Positions 7,624 through 12,009 of a stretch of DNA of 12,009 bases are shown here, one piece after another. The position numbers and the translations under genes were made by a program. The notes under the pieces were generated by a model. The model did no database searches. It was not told the DNA's origin and saw nothing but the letters and a program-made list of their open reading frames with translations. Source of the DNA: Candidatus Calditenuaceae archaeon HR02 (GTDB taxonomy: Archaea > Thermoproteota > Nitrososphaeria_A > Caldarchaeales > Calditenuaceae). The stretch is taken from the NCBI GenBank assembly GCA_002898395.1, contig BEHE01000030.1, positions 1-12,009 of the forward strand, given 5' to 3'. Within the stretch, counting starts at the first letter, position 1. The number at the start of each line of letters is the position of its first letter.

Positions 7624-8317
7624 AACTTTGGAAGACCATCTCATATCCTGCTTCCAATTTTTGAAAAGCCACTTTATTGACAGAGACTACGCTGCCCATG
7701 TGGCCTACTGCTTCCGAATTGATGAGGCGGAGGCTGTGAAGGCATTGAAGACGGCGGTGATCTTCCATGACTATGGCAAGGCGGCTAACGAATACCAGAA
7801 GAAAGAGTCCAAGAAACTCAGTTTTCCAAAACACGAATACTTCTCAGCCTCTGCGGCGCACAAATCTATCAAAGAAACTGTTTGGCGGGACGAATGCTTA
7901 ATGGCTATTGGATGGCATCACATGGCTATGAGGGGCCCGAGCCTCTTAGACGACTTTACGACATGGAAAAAGTTTGGCGCACCCGAGAAAGCCACGTTCC
8001 CGGCAGAGTTTGTTGAAACCTTTCGCAAAATTGCAAAGGATAATGAATTGGGGGATATGCTTGTTAATGACCCGCCTCATGAAATAACCCTGCCCGAAGT
8101 CAGAAAGACGCTAGAACACATATCAGCTAGACTCTTGAGCCTCCAGACAGGACATACATTCTACCGCCTCACACTCAAGCTCTTACGTCCCCTTCTGATT
8201 GTGGATAACCTGGCCGCAGCGGAGAAGCGAGATGGAGTTGAGAAAATTTTTGTAAAAGATTTGCCCGACCCGGCGGAAATTCACCAGATAAGGGATGTGT
8301 TGCGAGGCCTGTGCTAA
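7598..8317 (+). CDS. cas3'': CRISPR-associated HD nuclease Cas3'' (type I-A split Cas3)
   Basis: ETLEDHL, IFHDYGKA...YQ, KHEYFSA, IGWHH and LIVDNLAA motifs all present. GGAGGAGG at 7581-7588. Confidence 0.9.
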   Translation: MKPMASPHETLEDHLISCFQFLKSHFIDRDYAAHVAYCFRIDEAEAVKALKTAVIFHDYGKAANEYQKKESKKLSFPKHEYFSASAAHKSIKETVWRDECLMAIGWHHMAMRGPSLLDDFTTWKKFGAPEKATFPAEFVETFRKIAKDNELGDMLVNDPPHEITLPEVRKTLEHISARLLSLQTGHTFYRLTLKLLRPLLIVDNLAAAEKRDGVEKIFVKDLPDPAEIHQIRDVLRGLC

Positions 8318-10617
8318 ACTGTTTCCACAACTTTTCCCTCATGTAGTCTTATTATATGGTTTACGTGTTCTTCGAGGCCGCCTACGTGGCTTATGATGAA
8401 TATTTGACTAAATTTTTTGGTGAGGTCAAGGGCTATGTATACGATGATGCCTGACCTTCTTACTTCATCGGAGCTTCCCAGCGGCTCGTCGAGGAATACG
8501 AACTCGGGTTTCTGGCCCTTGGCTTCGGGGAGAAGAGCCAATGCGAAGGCAAGCCTCATTGCGAGGAGCATCTGGTCCTCTGTGCCGCCTGAGAAAACCT
8601 CCTTGACCCTGTACTGGCCTGCGTCGGGGTCCCAGACCTGCAGCCGATAGTCGTCGTCGAGGATTGCGGCTTTGTATCGGTTGTTTGTGAGAGCCGGTAG
8701 AATGATTCCCATGTGTGCTGCGACAAGTGGTTTAACCCTGTTTCTTAGCGCCTCGGCTGTGGCCTGTACGGCTTCAACCGCTTTCCTGACGACTGCCAGC
8801 TCACGCTCCAGATTTGCGACAACATTCATCTGTTCGCTGTATCTCTGCTCCACGTCGCCGTGGGCCCTTAGCCACTCATCCAGCTCCAAAACCTGCTGCG
8901 ACAACAACTCAGCCCTCGTCCTATAAGCCTGAATGTTTTCTGCGAGCTGCTGAACCCTTCTCCTCGTCTCCTCCAGCACATCTCTGCTAAACTCCAGCCC
9001 CGGAGGCAGCGTGGGCAACCTTATACCCTCTAGCTGTTCCCGGAGACTGTGTATCTCGTCCTCGACTTGGTTGAGCTCATGCTCCGCTGGCAGGTTTTTG
9101 AGCTGCTCCCTGTAAGCGTCAAGCCTCGACTTGAGATTGTTGAGTTCTTGACGGTCTTTCACCGCCTGCTGCAACACGGCTTCGACAGCTTTTGGCAGTC
9201 CTTCTCCGAGTTTTTGCCGGAATAGCTCGCCATATCTTGGCAGGGATGAGAAGGCGTTTTTCAGATACGAGGTTTTTACGCTGTGGTTTTGAACAAGGTT
9301 TCCCAGTGTGGCCCTTGCAGTGGCATGCATTTCCCTAGCTTGCTCGAGTCGGGCGAGTGTTTCCTGAAGAACCATCATTCGAGAAAGTCTCGAAACCCGT
9401 TGAAACACGATGATTAGAAAAACCACTCCAGCAGCAACTAATAGGAGTGCTGGAAGAACGCCGCCGAGAAACAGGAGGACGAATGCTATGATGATGCTTG
9501 CTGCGGCTCCAGATGCAAATGGACGGATAGACGGTCTCCGTAACGCTGTTGCTTTAGCCGACGGCGGCAACTGCTGCTCCAAGCTCCTAACCTGTAAGCC
9601 TAGCCGCGTCTCAGCTTCACGCACCTCATCAATCTGATAATCAAGATTCCTCAGCTGCTGATACTCTTTCGACAACGATTCCAGCTCTTTTTCGACGAGA
9701 GGCAGGTCCCGGTAACGCTGTAAATCGTTCTCCATGTGTTCTATATTCTGTAGCAGTGTTTCTCTCGTTTTCCGAAGCGTTTCCAGGTGTTTTCGTTTCG
9801 TCTCTATCTCGAGCTCCAGCTTTTGCCGCCGATTGAGAAATTCATCGTAGTCCTGAAGTGTCTTATACAGTTTCTCCGCTTCCGCATATTCGGCCTCTGT
9901 TTTCTCGATGTTTTTGAGCAACTTCATTCTTTCCTCGACCAGGTCTTCGCGTTCTTTCTTCTTTTTCACGTATTCTTCCAGCTCCTTACGCAGGGATTCC
10001 AGTTTTTCTTTTTCGACCCGCAGACTGCCCGGCCTCTCCTTAGTGCCCTCCAACTCTCTTTTCTGCTCTTCAAGATTTTCCAGAACGATGTTGAAGCTTT
10101 CGAGGTTGAGGAAGACGTTGATTATCTTTTTTCGGTCCTCTTGCCGGAGCTCGATCAGCTTGTTCAGCTCCTTCTGGGCGACGACTGTGCTGGACACTAG
10201 TTCGTTGAAGGTTATTCCTCCGAGTATTGCTTCCACCTGCTCGGTTACTTTCTCCTGTCCTACGGCCAAGGGTTTGAGGGAATTGTCTGCAAGGATTTCG
10301 TCAAGATTGGCGTGAGGCTTTCCTTTTCTGCTTATTTCTCTTCTTACCCTGTAGCGTTTATCGCCGACGGCGAACTCGAGGACGACATGGGCTTTGCTGG
10401 CGCCATATGCGATGATGTCCTCGTTTCTTGTTTTACCTTTTTCCGGCGGCGGCCTGATTACTCTGGCGTAGAGGGCGTAGAGTATTGCGTCGAGGATGGA
10501 GGATTTTCCGGCTTCGTTGAGGCCTGATATCAGCATCACGCCATCTGAGAACCTTAACGGCTCATCGAACTTCAGTTTCTTGAAGTTGTAGGCGTAGAGG
10601 CTTAGCAGCTTTACCAT
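8314..10617 (-). CDS. rad50: Rad50/SbcC-like SMC-family ATPase with a central hydrophobic hairpin and no zinc hook
   Basis: Walker A GLNEAGKS, Q-loop VAQ, long coiled coils, signature FSGG, Walker B/D-loop FLDEPLGSSD and H-loop IISH. Start overlaps the mre11 stop. Confidence 0.9.
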   Translation of the reverse strand: MVKLLSLYAYNFKKLKFDEPLRFSDGVMLISGLNEAGKSSILDAILYALYARVIRPPPEKGKTRNEDIIAYGASKAHVVLEFAVGDKRYRVRREISRKGKPHANLDEILADNSLKPLAVGQEKVTEQVEAILGGITFNELVSSTVVAQKELNKLIELRQEDRKKIINVFLNLESFNIVLENLEEQKRELEGTKERPGSLRVEKEKLESLRKELEEYVKKKKEREDLVEERMKLLKNIEKTEAEYAEAEKLYKTLQDYDEFLNRRQKLELEIETKRKHLETLRKTRETLLQNIEHMENDLQRYRDLPLVEKELESLSKEYQQLRNLDYQIDEVREAETRLGLQVRSLEQQLPPSAKATALRRPSIRPFASGAAASIIIAFVLLFLGGVLPALLLVAAGVVFLIIVFQRVSRLSRMMVLQETLARLEQAREMHATARATLGNLVQNHSVKTSYLKNAFSSLPRYGELFRQKLGEGLPKAVEAVLQQAVKDRQELNNLKSRLDAYREQLKNLPAEHELNQVEDEIHSLREQLEGIRLPTLPPGLEFSRDVLEETRRRVQQLAENIQAYRTRAELLSQQVLELDEWLRAHGDVEQRYSEQMNVVANLERELAVVRKAVEAVQATAEALRNRVKPLVAAHMGIILPALTNNRYKAAILDDDYRLQVWDPDAGQYRVKEVFSGGTEDQMLLAMRLAFALALLPEAKGQKPEFVFLDEPLGSSDEVRRSGIIVYIALDLTKKFSQIFIISHVGGLEEHVNHIIRLHEGKVVETV

Positions 10618-11762
10618 GCGCCCGCCGCCTCAAGCATTCCCTCGCTCCGTCTAAGCGCCTCCGCCAAAATCTCCCGCTCCTCAGCCGACGCATTCTGCAT
10701 CAAGGTACTAAAGTAGCGACGCAGCTCCTCCAAGGGAGTGGTTTTCTCCAGTATGCTCGGTTTTTCAGTTGACTTGATCTCGAGACCGCTCTCGTCAACC
10801 ATGAGGTGGAATAGGCGGGTTTGGGCGTGAAGGAGGAGTTCTGATCTTCTGTATTCGGTTAGTTTTTCGGCTTCGACGACTCCTTTGATGACAAGACGTA
10901 GGACAAGCTGTGGGTCGGCATGTTGGTCTATCAGCTGCTTGAGCCGCTCTATTGCATCTTTTTCAGGGAACATGGTTTCTATGGTTTTGTAGGGACGGGC
11001 CTGTGTCTTGACGTGGTCAAGTGAGACAAGGCCTTCCCTGTTTAGCTCTGTCCAGACAAAGCCTTTAGGCTCCTCTTCCTCCGCGAAAGAGACTCTCTCT
11101 GTGCTACCGGGGTAAACTATCGCCGTGTCGCCGAGACGTTTGACTTGGTGTCGATGCAGGTGGCCGACTGCCACGAGTTGATAGGTTCTTGGAATAGAGC
11201 TCAGCCTAACCACCGGTTCTTCGCCATAGACGCCGACAAACCCTTCCACGGGATAGTGTAGCAAAAGAATGTTGACGTCGCCCCGTTTTTCAACCTTGAT
11301 AGAGGATAGCGGGTCGTCTGCCGGATGTAACAACGGGTTATGGCCAAGGCCCGCCATAACAACCTCGTAACCATCCACTTCAAGAGAAAAATAGACCACG
11401 CTGCTTGGGTCCTGGATAAAGTATGCGTATCCGGAGTGACCGTAGACAGCCAGCGGTGAAACGCCTTCTTCGACGCTTTTGGGTGTGTCGTGATGGCCGC
11501 TCACCATCACCACCTTAACACCTCTTTCATGCAGCTGCTTCATGTGCTGCATAAGACGCGCCCTGACAAAGTTGCTGGGCTTCACCGTGTCGAAAATGTC
11601 TCCAGCCATCAGCAAAAGGTCTGGTTTCTCTCTCTTAGCATGTTCCATAACCTCCTCGAAGCAGCGGAGATGGTCCCGTTTTCTCTCAAACCGTTTGGCG
11701 CCGAACATGGTTGCAGGCGGGTCGAGATGATTATCCGCTGTAATGATGACCTGCACGCTCAT
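10611..11762 (-). CDS. mre11: Mre11/SbcD-family nuclease
   Basis: Metallophosphoesterase motifs ADNHLD, GDIFD, GHHD, LLH, GHLH and YPGSTERVSFAE. Start reassigned to ATG 11762 (GAGGAG upstream, directly after the herA stop). Confidence 0.92.
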   Translation of the reverse strand: MSVQVIITADNHLDPPATMFGAKRFERKRDHLRCFEEVMEHAKREKPDLLLMAGDIFDTVKPSNFVRARLMQHMKQLHERGVKVVMVSGHHDTPKSVEEGVSPLAVYGHSGYAYFIQDPSSVVYFSLEVDGYEVVMAGLGHNPLLHPADDPLSSIKVEKRGDVNILLLHYPVEGFVGVYGEEPVVRLSSIPRTYQLVAVGHLHRHQVKRLGDTAIVYPGSTERVSFAEEEEPKGFVWTELNREGLVSLDHVKTQARPYKTIETMFPEKDAIERLKQLIDQHADPQLVLRLVIKGVVEAEKLTEYRRSELLLHAQTRLFHLMVDESGLEIKSTEKPSILEKTTPLEELRRYFSTLMQNASAEEREILAEALRRSEGMLEAAGAW

Positions 11763-11763
11763 T

Positions 11764-12009
11764 TCAGGTCTCCTCAAACTCGCCTTTGAAAGGCTTTCTC
11801 CGCTTTTCATCTTCTTCGGCTCTTTTATCGTTTCTCACAAGGTTGAGGGCCTCCCTTAGCTTGGACACAACATCGATGTCGGCGCCGCCCTCCATCGTGG
11901 TTCTGGGCCTCACCTTCATCATCACAGGCACCTTGGTCACCTCACCCACCACCACCGCCTCGCCCTGGTTGAGGCTTGGTAGATCGTTTAACAGGTCTTG
12001 GCTCATTCT
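11764..12009 (-). CDS. herA: HerA helicase/translocase, C-terminal part; begins beyond the right edge
   Basis: DLLNDLPSLNQGEAVVVG...PVMMKVRPR...GGAD resembles the HerA C-terminus, and the gene lies directly upstream of mre11-rad50. Confidence 0.82.
   Translation of the reverse strand, partial: RMSQDLLNDLPSLNQGEAVVVGEVTKVPVMMKVRPRTTMEGGADIDVVSKLREALNLVRNDKRAEEDEKRRKPFKGEFEET

Noticed and set aside
8417-11789. Plus-strand ORFs opposite rad50 and mre11 (e.g. 9787-10200, 9908-10315)
   Set aside because: Phe/Ser/Leu-rich mirror translations of Glu/Lys-rich coiled-coil codons.

Overview
Archaeal window (TATA/BRE-type promoter, GGAGG/GGTGA ribosome-binding sites, herA-mre11-rad50 order); a thermophilic Aigarchaeota/Caldiarchaeum-like host is my inference only. 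It has four blocks. (1) 1-3789, minus strand: Thermococcales-type hypA and Mrp/MinD-type hypB, then a translationally coupled group 3b [NiFe]-hydrogenase operon (beta, stand-alone cNMP-binding-fold protein, gamma, delta running off the left edge). (2) 4018-6497, plus strand, divergent: CuA subunit II, a heme-copper subunit I with Glu in place of the active-site Tyr and Met in place of one low-spin-heme His (nNOR-like nitric oxide reductase, not a cytochrome c oxidase), and a membrane-anchored cupredoxin lacking the axial Met. (3) About 6550-8317: a partly AT-rich CRISPR-Cas remnant with a truncated, frameshifted CARF-wHTH gene, a probable cas3' tail and an intact cas3'' HD nuclease; no array is visible. 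(4) 8314-12009, minus strand: herA (partial), mre11 and rad50-like, where the Rad50 has no cysteine (no zinc hook) and carries a predicted transmembrane hairpin at the coiled-coil apex. The membrane-anchored Rad50 and the nNOR-like operon are the most interesting elements. All family assignments come from motif recognition, not database searches.
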